The translations under genes and the position numbers were made by a program. This document shows positions 24,772-32,323 of a stretch of 32,323 bases of DNA, piece after piece. The number at the start of each line of letters is the position of its first letter. The first letter of the stretch is position 1. Under the pieces are notes generated by a model. The model was not told the DNA's origin. It searched no databases and saw only the letters and a program-made list of their open reading frames with translations. The DNA is from Thermodesulfobacteriota bacterium (GTDB lineage Bacteria > Desulfobacterota > DSM-4660 > Desulfatiglandales > Desulfatiglandaceae): contig JAXHTA010000001.1 in assembly GCA_034190285.1 (NCBI GenBank), forward strand, positions 1-32,323, written 5' to 3'.

Positions 24772-26622
24772 ATGTCTCAGGTCAAGAAAAAGGCCACGGG
24801 ATACGATAAGTATGTTGACTGGCGACTGTTCTCTATACCTGTTGTCCTGTTTTTTGCAATCCTGATCCTGCCGACGCCTTACGGGATGAAGGACGTGGGT
24901 ACGGAGGTCAAGGTCGGGCCGAAAACCGTTATTAATCTTGTCACCACGGAATTGTTTAATAACAAGAGCATAGAAGTGGCCCAGTGGGAACTTCTCACTG
25001 CCCGGATAATGGAAAGAAATATGAGGATGGGAGCGCTTTCCAGAGGTCGTTTTCTAAAACGGGACATCAAGTGGTGCGAAAAATACGAGATTCAGGCAGA
25101 TTCCGAAAACCTGAAAAAGGCTCAGGACTATATTAACGAGACAGTCAGTGATGAAAGGTTTTCCACAATTATGAAAAAGGCCGTGGAACTCAGGAGAGAC
25201 GGCCTCAAGTATGAGGAGCTTTCCGGCAGGGACAGGAAGGCCGCCGATAAAGGGGCCTGGCACATTAAGGTCGCCATAGGCATGATGGTTTTTGTGGTTT
25301 TCTGCTTCATGACGGAATGCATCCCCTTGCCGGGTGTCGCCTTTTGCATCGGTCTTATCCTTGTTTGCACGGGCGTTGTAACAAGACAGCAGGTGGCCAT
25401 GCTCTACTGGAGCGACGCCTGCTGGTTCATTATGGGGAGCCTCATGTTTGCAGCGGCCTTTGTCAAGACCGGTGTTGACAAGAGAATATGCCTCATGATG
25501 TTCAGAAAACTGGCCGTTCCCAATGTGAAATGGGTCACGCTTATTTTCTTTATAATCATTTCACCCCTTGCGGCCTTTATCTCAGACCATGCCTTAGCCG
25601 CCATGTTCCTCCCCATAGGCATGCTGCTTTACCAGAACAGCCTGACCGATGAGGTCCCGGAGGACATGGAGCTTGCCAAGATGATGATGATATCCATTGC
25701 AATGGCCTGTAACATAGGAGGCCCGGGGGCCCCGTCAGGCGGCGCAAGAAACGTAATAATGATGACCTATCTTAATGACATGTTCGGCTTTGATATCGGT
25801 TACTTCCAATGGGTCACCTATTGCTTTCCCTTTATACTGGTCATGATCCCTATAACATGGTTCACGGTGAATCTGCGCTTCAGGCCCAAGATCACTTCCC
25901 TCGCCCCTGCCATGAACCAGCTGCAAAAAGAAATAGGGAAGATGGGAGGATGGAACAAGAGGCAAATATGGGCTCTCATCATATTTGTCATTATGGTATA
26001 CGGCTGGTTCACTGAAAAGGTCTTCTTCAACATGGGTATATATCCCGTTCGTCTCGGCATAGGGGTGATAGCAGTTGCAGGCGCGGTGGCCTATCTCCTT
26101 ACCGGCGTCGTAAATTGGAGAGACTATCAGGAGAGAGTGGACTGGGGGGTAGTCTGGCTTTATGCCGGGGCCATCATCTTTGGCCGAACCCTGGACAGCA
26201 CCGGTGCTGCCTACTGGCTGGCAAGATCTGTGATTGATCTTCTCGGGCCTTTGGGAATGAATTCCGGGCTTCCCCTCATGGCGACTTCCAATGGTCTCAC
26301 GGCCATACTGACCAATCTCATGGCAGATGGCCCCGCCGCCGCCGCCGTGGGTCCAATCTCCCTTAACATGGCCGGTCTTGTCCATCCGGGTACCACATTC
26401 CTGCCATTTATGGCCATGGCCACGGCGATTGCCTCTTCCTTTGCCTACTGTTTGGTTATTGGAACGCCCCCGAATGCCATTGTTTATGCAAGCGGTTACC
26501 TTGAGCCAAGAGACTACCTTAGAGTAGGCATTGCCATGTGGCTCTTCGCAAATGTGCTGATCATCCTTCTCACAGCATTCTACTGGGGTTTCAGGGGATT
26601 TGTGGGACTAACTGGATTCTAA
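24772..26622 (+). CDS. DASS/SLC13-like anion permease, paralog 2, with a ~125-aa hydrophilic insert after TM1
   Basis: Motifs GGPGAPSGGARNVIM and VIGTPPNAIVY. ATG 24772 follows GAGGTG and lies 10 nt after the REC stop, so the upstream ORF extension to 24718 overlaps the REC gene. Confidence 0.75.
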   Translation: MSQVKKKATGYDKYVDWRLFSIPVVLFFAILILPTPYGMKDVGTEVKVGPKTVINLVTTELFNNKSIEVAQWELLTARIMERNMRMGALSRGRFLKRDIKWCEKYEIQADSENLKKAQDYINETVSDERFSTIMKKAVELRRDGLKYEELSGRDRKAADKGAWHIKVAIGMMVFVVFCFMTECIPLPGVAFCIGLILVCTGVVTRQQVAMLYWSDACWFIMGSLMFAAAFVKTGVDKRICLMMFRKLAVPNVKWVTLIFFIIISPLAAFISDHALAAMFLPIGMLLYQNSLTDEVPEDMELAKMMMISIAMACNIGGPGAPSGGARNVIMMTYLNDMFGFDIGYFQWVTYCFPFILVMIPITWFTVNLRFRPKITSLAPAMNQLQKEIGKMGGWNKRQIWALIIFVIMVYGWFTEKVFFNMGIYPVRLGIGVIAVAGAVAYLLTGVVNWRDYQERVDWGVVWLYAGAIIFGRTLDSTGAAYWLARSVIDLLGPLGMNSGLPLMATSNGLTAILTNLMADGPAAAAVGPISLNMAGLVHPGTTFLPFMAMATAIASSFAYCLVIGTPPNAIVYASGYLEPRDYLRVGIAMWLFANVLIILLTAFYWGFRGFVGLTGF

Positions 26623-26679
26623 TGGATGATAATAATACCATCTCTGCTAACGTACTGTTTTCATAAGAAGGAGAGAGTC

Positions 26680-26820
26680 ATGAAGCAGAAGAAAACCGTG
26701 TTTTACTCAAAGGGGGTTACCTATTTTGACAAAAAAGCGGAGCAGACCTTTTTCTTCATACTGACAATCATAATGCTTCTATGGGGCCTTTTCGCGAAGC
26801 TGGGTATCTTGACGGGCTAA
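26680..26820 (+). CDS. Small (46-aa) single-pass membrane protein
   Basis: AAGGAG RBS 6 nt before the ATG. Basic N-terminus (MKQKKTVFYSKG) followed by one TM (TFFFILTIIMLLWGLFAKLGIL). No homology recognised. Confidence 0.45.
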   Translation: MKQKKTVFYSKGVTYFDKKAEQTFFFILTIIMLLWGLFAKLGILTG

Positions 26821-26940
26821 GGGATCCAGTCGATTCTTTTGGGCTCTCGGAGCGGTGATTTTTCACTTCAAGGTCCTTTAAGGGATAGGACATGTCAAGA
26901 ATAATCTAACAGGATGCCCTTAAAAAAGGAGGCGAATGAA

Positions 26941-27843
26941 ATGGGCCATATGATAAAGGTCTTGATGGTGGATGATGAAGACCAGTTTCGTGCGACCACC
27001 AAGAAGCTATTGAACAGGCGGGGGTTCGAGACAATCCTGGCCGCCAGCGGCAAAGAGGCTATTGCCAAACTTCAAAAGGATCCTGATGTGGTCGTCTTAG
27101 ATATCAAGATGCCTGATATGGACGGCCATCAAGCCCTGAAGGAAATCAAAAAACGCTACCCCGATCTTCCCGTAATCATGCTTACCGGGCACGGAGCCCG
27201 CCCTTCGGCAAGGGAGGCCCTCGTCGAAGGGGCATTTGATTACCTTTCAAAACCCTGTGATATGGATCTGTTAGCCTCCAAAATAGTGGAGGCGTTCCGG
27301 CACGGGAAAAGGCAGGAACCCTCCGAAGAGAAAAACGTCATGGACGTGATGGTCCCCATTGAAGAATATACAACCTTGAAAGGAGATTCTACCATCAGGG
27401 ATGCCATCTTCGGTTTAAAAGAGTCTTTTGCATCAAAGGAATCGACAAGCAGAATCATGGAAACAGGGCACCGCTCTATCCTCGTCTTCGATAGCAGAGG
27501 AAAGGTCCAGGGTATTCTGGCTATTGCAGACTTGCTTAAAGGAATAATGCCCGCCTACCTCAGCGCGGCCAAGCCATCCACGGCAGACAGTATTGAGTAC
27601 TCCCCGATGTTCTGGAAGGGTATGTTCATAAGACAGGTCAAAGATTTATCCAAGAAAAATGTCTTAGAGATCATGTCTCCGGCCCCATTCACGATTGACG
27701 GGGAGTCGAATCTCATGGAAGCGGCCTTTATGATGATCGAAAAAAAAGCCAGGCGACTTGCTGTAGTCAGATCAGGAAAGGTTGTGGGCGTGGTTCGTGA
27801 GCAGGACCTGTTTTTTGAAATGGAGAGGATACTTAAGAGATAA
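26941..27843 (+). CDS. Response regulator with CBS-pair output domain (REC-CBS-CBS)
   Basis: MVDDED, VVVLDIKMPDMDG, MLTGHG and FDYLSKP, then two CBS repeats (VMVPIEEYTTLKGDSTIRDA...ILVFDSRGKVQGILAIADLL and IMSPAPFTIDGESNLMEAA...RRLAVVRSGKVVGVVREQDL). AAGGAGG RBS before ATG 26941. Confidence 0.85.
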   Translation: MGHMIKVLMVDDEDQFRATTKKLLNRRGFETILAASGKEAIAKLQKDPDVVVLDIKMPDMDGHQALKEIKKRYPDLPVIMLTGHGARPSAREALVEGAFDYLSKPCDMDLLASKIVEAFRHGKRQEPSEEKNVMDVMVPIEEYTTLKGDSTIRDAIFGLKESFASKESTSRIMETGHRSILVFDSRGKVQGILAIADLLKGIMPAYLSAAKPSTADSIEYSPMFWKGMFIRQVKDLSKKNVLEIMSPAPFTIDGESNLMEAAFMMIEKKARRLAVVRSGKVVGVVREQDLFFEMERILKR

Positions 27844-27847
27844 AACG

Positions 27848-27877
27848 GTAACTTCTCAAAAAGTCGGGGTATATCCT
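27848..27877 (+). repeat. Copy B of the 30-nt repeated motif
   Basis: 27/30 identity to 10754-10783. It starts 5 nt after the REC-CBS stop codon. Confidence 0.7.
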
Positions 27878-27952
27878 CGATATGATAAATCATGAAACCT
27901 CCTGAATCGAAGACATTATGCCTGGATATCCGGCATGTCTGTTGCCTCAACA

Positions 27953-27976
27953 GGGGCGCGTCGGGCAGGCCCCTTT
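27953..27976 (+). terminator. Weak candidate terminator between convergent operons
   Basis: GGGGC (27953-27957) pairs with GCCCC (27969-27973), followed by TTT. The T-run is short. Confidence 0.3.
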
Positions 27977-27989
27977 CCGTCAGCTATCA

Positions 27990-28346
27990 TTACCGTTTAG
28001 GACAGGTCGGGCAGTTATCCAATTTGATATCCAATCGTTTGGCTCCATCATTCAGCATAACCCTATGTGCGATCCGCCCCACTTTTATCAAGTATAGACC
28101 GGGGGAGAGATCGGAGAACCGGTATTTCCCCGCCCAGTCGGTCTCAGCACTTCTTATGGGCGTGCCGCTGTGTCCGTCAAGAAGTACGACCACCTCAGAA
28201 ACAGCTGGCTCAGAAAGCGATGCCCCGACAAAGCCGTAGATGCTGTGTTCGATTTTCGAAATCTCCAGTTCCGGCCCCGGTGCGCACGAAGCGAGCAGAG
28301 ATAAGCAGTACAGAATGGACATGGCGCCGACGAAATAACTTCTCAT
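27990..28346 (-). CDS. Small lipoprotein with carboxypeptidase-regulatory-like (CarboxypepD_reg) beta-sandwich domain
   Basis: MRSYFVGAMSILYCLSLLASC gives the lipobox L-A-S-C. ...VVLLDGHSGTPIRSAETDWAGKYRFSDLSPGLYLIKVG is typical of that fold. The ORF opens at 28439, but that part overlaps exbD. Confidence 0.6.
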   Translation of the reverse strand: MRSYFVGAMSILYCLSLLASCAPGPELEISKIEHSIYGFVGASLSEPAVSEVVVLLDGHSGTPIRSAETDWAGKYRFSDLSPGLYLIKVGRIAHRVMLNDGAKRLDIKLDNCPTCPKR

Positions 28347-28380
28347 GGCCGTCTCTCTTTTTCCTCCGGTTTTTGGTGAC

Positions 28381-28806
28381 TTACAGGTCTTTTTCAGTGG
28401 CCAGACACAGCCTCCCGGCCCCGGCCGCCTTTGCCACATCCATAACCTTGACAGCCTTGTTCAGGATTACGCCCCTGTCGGCCCTGACAACCACCAGTTT
28501 ATCCTTCTGAGCCCCTATCATTGCCTTGAGTCTCGTAAATAGGTTGGCGATGCTGGTCTCCTGATTGTTCAAATAGGATCTCCCGTCTCGATCTACATAG
28601 ACCGTAATGGTTTGCTCTGTCTGGTGTGCAGAGGCCTTAGCCTGGGGAAGTTTGATCTTTATCCCTTCGTCCACCATGAAGTTCGTGGTCAATAGGAAAT
28701 AGATCAGAAGCATAAATACAATGTCGATCAGAGAAGTAAGCGGAGCCTGAATTTCATAACGCGGCCTTTTTTTACGATGAACCAACATAACATATTCCTT
28801 TGTCAT
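28381..28806 (-). CDS. exbD: ExbD/TolR-family biopolymer transport protein
   Basis: 141 aa. N-terminal TM with the LIDIVFMLLIYF motif and the periplasmic domain (VRADRGV...VMD.AK.AG). ATGA overlap with exbB. Confidence 0.9.
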   Translation of the reverse strand: MTKEYVMLVHRKKRPRYEIQAPLTSLIDIVFMLLIYFLLTTNFMVDEGIKIKLPQAKASAHQTEQTITVYVDRDGRSYLNNQETSIANLFTRLKAMIGAQKDKLVVVRADRGVILNKAVKVMDVAKAAGAGRLCLATEKDL

Positions 28807-29429
28807 GCATTTGCACGTCCGTTATGCAGGCCTGAAACAACCTTAATAAAGGTGACAGACCCGTCCTGTAACCGTGCCTCATAATTGTCCACACGGGAAA
28901 GAAGATAACTATGTGCTATCATGGTTGGTAAAGCAACGGCAAGGCCAAGGGCTGTGGTCATCATGGCCTCCCAGATTCCGCCTGCAAGCACGGCCGAATT
29001 TACCTTGCCCCCCATCTCTTGAATGACCATAAAGGCCTTAATCATACCGATGACCGTGCCCAACAGGCCAAGCAATGGTGCAATGTTTCCGATGGTCGCC
29101 AGCGCCTGGATATAGCGGGAAAGGCCTCTCACCTCTTCATCGGAGGCATGGGCAATTACGGTTTCAAGGGTTTCCCGATCCTGATCCTTCACCTCCAGGG
29201 CCTGTGCCAGCACTCGACCCATGGGCGAATCACTCCCCACGGCTATTTCACGGGCTTTATTATCCTCGCCATTCTTCAATTGTTCGGTGACTCTTATCTC
29301 CAGGCCCTGTCCTCGATTTCTCATTCGCGCTAGGCGGATCACCCTTTCCAGAAATATGGCCAGGGCCACAACAGAGCAAAATAGAATAGGGATAACAAGC
29401 ACACCCCCTTTTGCCAGAAATACAAACAT
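28803..29429 (-). CDS. exbB: MotA/TolQ/ExbB-family proton channel
   Basis: 208 aa with three TM segments. GNIAPLLGLLGTVIGMI and the conserved C-terminal TM (TALGLAVALP). GGGAGGA RBS. Confidence 0.9.
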   Translation of the reverse strand: MFVFLAKGGVLVIPILFCSVVALAIFLERVIRLARMRNRGQGLEIRVTEQLKNGEDNKAREIAVGSDSPMGRVLAQALEVKDQDRETLETVIAHASDEEVRGLSRYIQALATIGNIAPLLGLLGTVIGMIKAFMVIQEMGGKVNSAVLAGGIWEAMMTTALGLAVALPTMIAHSYLLSRVDNYEARLQDGSVTFIKVVSGLHNGRANA

Positions 29430-29515
29430 TTCAAAAATCCTCCCTTGTTTAGAGACGACGAAAAAGCGGCAAAGAGAGCGGGTGGGGAAACTGAGGCCCC
29501 TGCTAACCTTCTCAC

Positions 29516-31285
29516 TTACTCACCCGCAATATCTTCAACATCCGGCACGCCGTCAAAATTCAGATCCTTCGCACGTCTTATCAACGCCTCAAACTCATCA
29601 TATTCTTCCCATAAATCCGCCTTCCCGTCGTTGTTGGTATCTTCATGAACGGCGGTTACCCGACTCTGCTCATAGTAATACCATGTATCCACCCGTCCAT
29701 CGGCATTGTTGTCCTTTTCCGCCCTTACAGCCTCTTCTTCATCGTTGTAAAACCAGGAGGTGTTCAGCCCACCCGTGCCACCATCATCCTCTTCACTTCT
29801 TTTGAGCTTGCCGTTTGCATCATAATGCTCTCTCAGATTCAGACACCCGTCTTCATCTTCATCAAGCTCTTTAAGCCTTAACACCCCATTGTCATAGCAA
29901 TACCGGGCTTCCACAGACTGGTTGCCATTATAGTCCATCTCAGTAACAACCGACCAAGGAGAACGATCAAACCACTGGGTGGTCTCAAACCTGCCGTCAT
30001 GGTCCTGGTCCATAATCAGCCTGGCTTTTTTCTCATCCCTGTAAAACACTTTCATATCAACCGCGCCGTCCCCATTTTCGTCTTTTTCCGTTCTCACAAG
30101 CTTACCGTGGCGATAGCGTTGCCAGATATCCATCTTTCCATCAAGGTCGGAATCCTTTTCCAACCTTTCCTTTTCTTCGTGCTTGTCAAAAAAGATCTTT
30201 AGATCCGGCTTTCCATCTCGATTTTCATCCTGTGTCCGGAGGTACATTTTTCCTTTCTTGAAAAGCGAGACGATACCCATGTGCCCATCGCCCTTGTCGT
30301 CGTATTCCACCCTTATCGGTTCACCATCTTCATAGGTCCTGATCCTGTCTATCCGTCCTGTATATCGGGTGTCCTCCTCAATCTTTGAGGGCAGGCCCTC
30401 GGAGTCAAACCAGCAGAAAACGTCTTTTTTCCCGTCAAAGTTGGCGTCCTTTTCCTGATAAATGGGTTTGCCGTTCTCATATCGCAGAAGGATGTCAAAC
30501 ACCTTATCCAGGTTCGAGTCTTTTTTTTGTTCAAAGGGCTGTGAGTCCCTGAAAGAAGTGACAATTTCAAACCATCCATCAAGGTCCGCGTCCTTTTTCT
30601 GTTCCAGAATTTGCCCCTGTTGATAGAATCGAAAGGTTTCCATGCTTCCGTCCTCGTCAAGATCGTGACGGCTCCTCTCCGGAAGGCCCTCTGAATCATA
30701 GAACACGATCCTTTCTACCCGTCCGTCACCGTCTGCATCCACCTTTTGTTCAGCCGGTTTCTCATTCTTGTACGTCAGCCAGATGTTTGGTTTCAGGTCT
30801 TTGTCCGTATCCCTGGTATAAGAAGAGAGCAGGCCGTCCTTATATAAGTAGATCATGTCAAACATGCCATCATTGGTCGTGTCTTTTTCTACCTTAAGGG
30901 GACGCTCCTTTTCATCAAAACAGACGACCTGTGTGATTTTGCCTGAGCTATTCAAACGTTCGCACCGGACCCTCTTTTCTTTTTCAAAATAGTCCCGGCT
31001 GTCAATTTTTTGATCGTGATCAGAATCTCTTTCAGCCCTGATCAATAATTCATTTTGATAATACTGGAAACGGTCCATGATACCGTCTCCATTACTGTCG
31101 ATTTCAAGCCCCAGGACCCTTCCTGTTCCATCAAGGTGGATGATTCGATCTGTTTTTCCATCGTCATCCGTATCTCTTTCCACGACCTTGCCTTTTGCCA
31201 GGGCCGGGCCCATGGGGAATACCCAGAGGGTCCACATCAGGGCCAAAAATCCTAAATGGACGAAAATCGAAAATCTCCCGCTCAC
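29516..31285 (-). CDS. Secreted protein built from ~22 tandem 24-residue DxDxDG (calcium-loop-like) repeats
   Basis: Repeat consensus is roughly [KE]D.[DN].DG..D....[YF]..[GE]......, for example KDSDLDGKMDIWQRYRHGKLVRTE and KDENGDGAVDMKVFYRDEKKARLI. The ORF opens at 31450 but overlaps tonB. GTG 31285 (or TTG 31300) gives a signal peptide SGRFSIFVHLGFLALMWTLWVFPMGPALA-KG. Confidence 0.75.
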   Translation of the reverse strand: MSGRFSIFVHLGFLALMWTLWVFPMGPALAKGKVVERDTDDDGKTDRIIHLDGTGRVLGLEIDSNGDGIMDRFQYYQNELLIRAERDSDHDQKIDSRDYFEKEKRVRCERLNSSGKITQVVCFDEKERPLKVEKDTTNDGMFDMIYLYKDGLLSSYTRDTDKDLKPNIWLTYKNEKPAEQKVDADGDGRVERIVFYDSEGLPERSRHDLDEDGSMETFRFYQQGQILEQKKDADLDGWFEIVTSFRDSQPFEQKKDSNLDKVFDILLRYENGKPIYQEKDANFDGKKDVFCWFDSEGLPSKIEEDTRYTGRIDRIRTYEDGEPIRVEYDDKGDGHMGIVSLFKKGKMYLRTQDENRDGKPDLKIFFDKHEEKERLEKDSDLDGKMDIWQRYRHGKLVRTEKDENGDGAVDMKVFYRDEKKARLIMDQDHDGRFETTQWFDRSPWSVVTEMDYNGNQSVEARYCYDNGVLRLKELDEDEDGCLNLREHYDANGKLKRSEEDDGGTGGLNTSWFYNDEEEAVRAEKDNNADGRVDTWYYYEQSRVTAVHEDTNNDGKADLWEEYDEFEALIRRAKDLNFDGVPDVEDIAGE

Positions 31286-31340
31286 GTGTCTGTTCCTCAA
31301 ATTGGTTTGGATCCCCCCCTCATTCCACCCGGAAAGCAGA

Positions 31341-32042
31341 TCAGGTTGTCTCAAATATAATATTAAGTTCCAGAGGGATGTCGCCTTCAAAGTGCCTGCG
31401 GGGGGGGCTCGGGAAAGGCGCTGAGTCCTGGATGGCCTGAAGCGCCGCATTATCCAGGCTCTGGTGTCTGGACGGCTTAACGACCTTGAGGTCCCTTACA
31501 TTCCCCAGGAGGGTAATGGTAAACCCTACAGTCACCCGCCCTTCTATGTTTCTGGATTTTGCCGCCTCCGGATATCTTTTTTTTGCTTCTATCCTGAGAA
31601 TCACCATTTCAAAGTAGCTGTCGGGCGTACTGTAATCCGCAGTATCTGTCAACTCTCCCAGGCTGTAAGCGTCGCCATTCATGCCCTCGGGGATGTCCGG
31701 TATGCCTATCCCCACCATGAGACCGTCGGACAGGTTGCTGTCCGCGGAGTCCAATTTAATAGGCCTGAATTTGGGTATACGCCGCTGGGTTATCCGGAGT
31801 TTTTCTATTTTCCGCGGCTTTTCGGGCGTTTTTGGCCTCTGTTTCGGACGCGGAATATCCCGGGTTAAAGGTTTGGAGATATCCTGTAAAGTAAGCTCAA
31901 TGGCCTGTAACATATTTGAATTATAGACCCCGGAAATATGCAGACAAAGAATGGCATGTATCCCGATAGAAATACCGATCAGCCCGCGAAATAACCAGTT
32001 GGGCTTTCTTTTGATGGCGCAACTTGTTTGCATGTTATTCAT
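31341..32042 (-). CDS. tonB: Energy transducer TonB
   Basis: N-terminal TM anchor, a Pro/Lys-rich spacer (RPKQRPKTPEKPRK), and the C-terminal TonB_C motif (YPEAAKSRNIEGRVTVGFTI...G.V..LKVVKPS....LD.AAL.AI). Confidence 0.85.
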   Translation of the reverse strand: MNNMQTSCAIKRKPNWLFRGLIGISIGIHAILCLHISGVYNSNMLQAIELTLQDISKPLTRDIPRPKQRPKTPEKPRKIEKLRITQRRIPKFRPIKLDSADSNLSDGLMVGIGIPDIPEGMNGDAYSLGELTDTADYSTPDSYFEMVILRIEAKKRYPEAAKSRNIEGRVTVGFTITLLGNVRDLKVVKPSRHQSLDNAALQAIQDSAPFPSPPRRHFEGDIPLELNIIFETT

Positions 32043-32061
32043 TGTAATGGTTCTGAATTAT

Positions 32062-32323
32062 TCAAAAGAAGGTAACTGTAAGCGAAACCCCGAAGACCCG
32101 ATCCGGCATGGGATACCCGTAGACCTCTTCATAGTTTTCTTCGAATATATTGTTGGCATAAATAAGCAGTTTTGTTTTACTTATGACACCCTGCCATATA
32201 CCCAGGTTGAGGTTCTGTTCAATACCCAAATCGGCGGTAAAGAAATCATCCAGGTCATAGCCGCCTTCGCTTTTCCTCTCGCCCACATAGCGCAGATCGG
32301 TTGTGATCAGGGTATTTTCAAAC
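32062..32323 (-). CDS. TonB-dependent outer-membrane receptor, 3' end (partial, continues off-window)
   Basis: Alternating beta-strand pattern ending in ...VFGVSLTVTFF with a terminal aromatic residue. This is the typical C-terminal strand of TBDR/OMP barrels. It sits directly upstream of tonB. Confidence 0.7.
   Translation of the reverse strand, partial: FENTLITTDLRYVGERKSEGGYDLDDFFTADLGIEQNLNLGIWQGVISKTKLLIYANNIFEENYEEVYGYPMPDRVFGVSLTVTFF

Noticed and set aside
25735-26385. 216-aa antisense ORF inside permease 2
   Set aside because: Same reasoning as above. It has no motifs and is fully overlapped by the transporter CDS.
27555-27950. Minus-strand ORF; its internal ATG at 27893 has a perfect AGGAGG RBS (MIYHIEDIPRLFEK...)
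   Set aside because: Most of it is antisense to the well-supported CBS domains of 26941..27843, and its low-complexity product has no recognisable motif. The RBS-like CCTCCT may be coincidental.
29221-29805. 194-aa plus-strand ORF spanning the exbB / repeat-protein junction
   Set aside because: It is antisense to two well-supported genes and has a low-complexity Pro/Arg/His-rich product.
29516-31285. Possibility that the periodic signal is a CRISPR array or nucleotide tandem repeat
   Set aside because: The periodicity exists at the amino-acid level (24-25 aa units) within one long ORF. There are no conserved DNA direct repeats with unique spacers.

Overview
This is a 32.3-kb chromosomal window with about 50% GC. 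The gene content (many sigma-54/NtrC and REC/HK genes, a DUF362 Fe-S protein, apparent UGA-Sec recoding) suggests an anaerobic Desulfobacterota/deltaproteobacterium-like genome; this taxon call is inference only.

Positions 1-11 kb are mostly housekeeping. They hold an EF-G family ORF lacking an in-frame GTPase domain, mogA, a CspA-type cold-shock gene, tRNA-Met(CAT), an HExxH hypothetical, an FmdB zinc-ribbon protein and fabD. A minus-strand block follows: ogt/MGMT, a TIGR01212 radical SAM protein, mtnA, ilvE and a DUF362/4Fe-4S protein.

Positions 11-14 kb carry a secreted rhodanese, a short transposase remnant, an orphan PstS-like binding protein and a CBS-CBS-ACT protein.

Positions 14.4-27.9 kb form a dense signalling/transport island. 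It starts with a membrane HK and a sigma-54-dependent NtrC-type regulator, bracketed by three consensus -24/-12 promoters. Two of those promoters carry the same 17-bp palindrome about 115 nt upstream. They lead into a stand-alone REC gene and a roughly 9.4-kb gene string: DASS/SLC13-like permease, Cache-HK, REC, Cache-HK, REC, second DASS-like permease, 46-aa membrane peptide, REC-CBS.

Positions 28-32.3 kb hold a minus-strand Ton cluster: TonB-dependent receptor 3' end, tonB, a ~590-aa secreted protein of ~22 tandem 24-residue DxDxDG repeats, exbB, exbD and a small lipoprotein.

The most notable single observation is that the ogt/MGMT gene has TGA exactly at the catalytic-Cys codon of the PCHR motif. 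An fdhF-like SECIS hairpin follows, and the downstream reading frame keeps the conserved MGMT C-terminus. This makes it a candidate selenocysteine-containing alkyltransferase.

I saw no rRNA, no CRISPR array and no intact mobile element.
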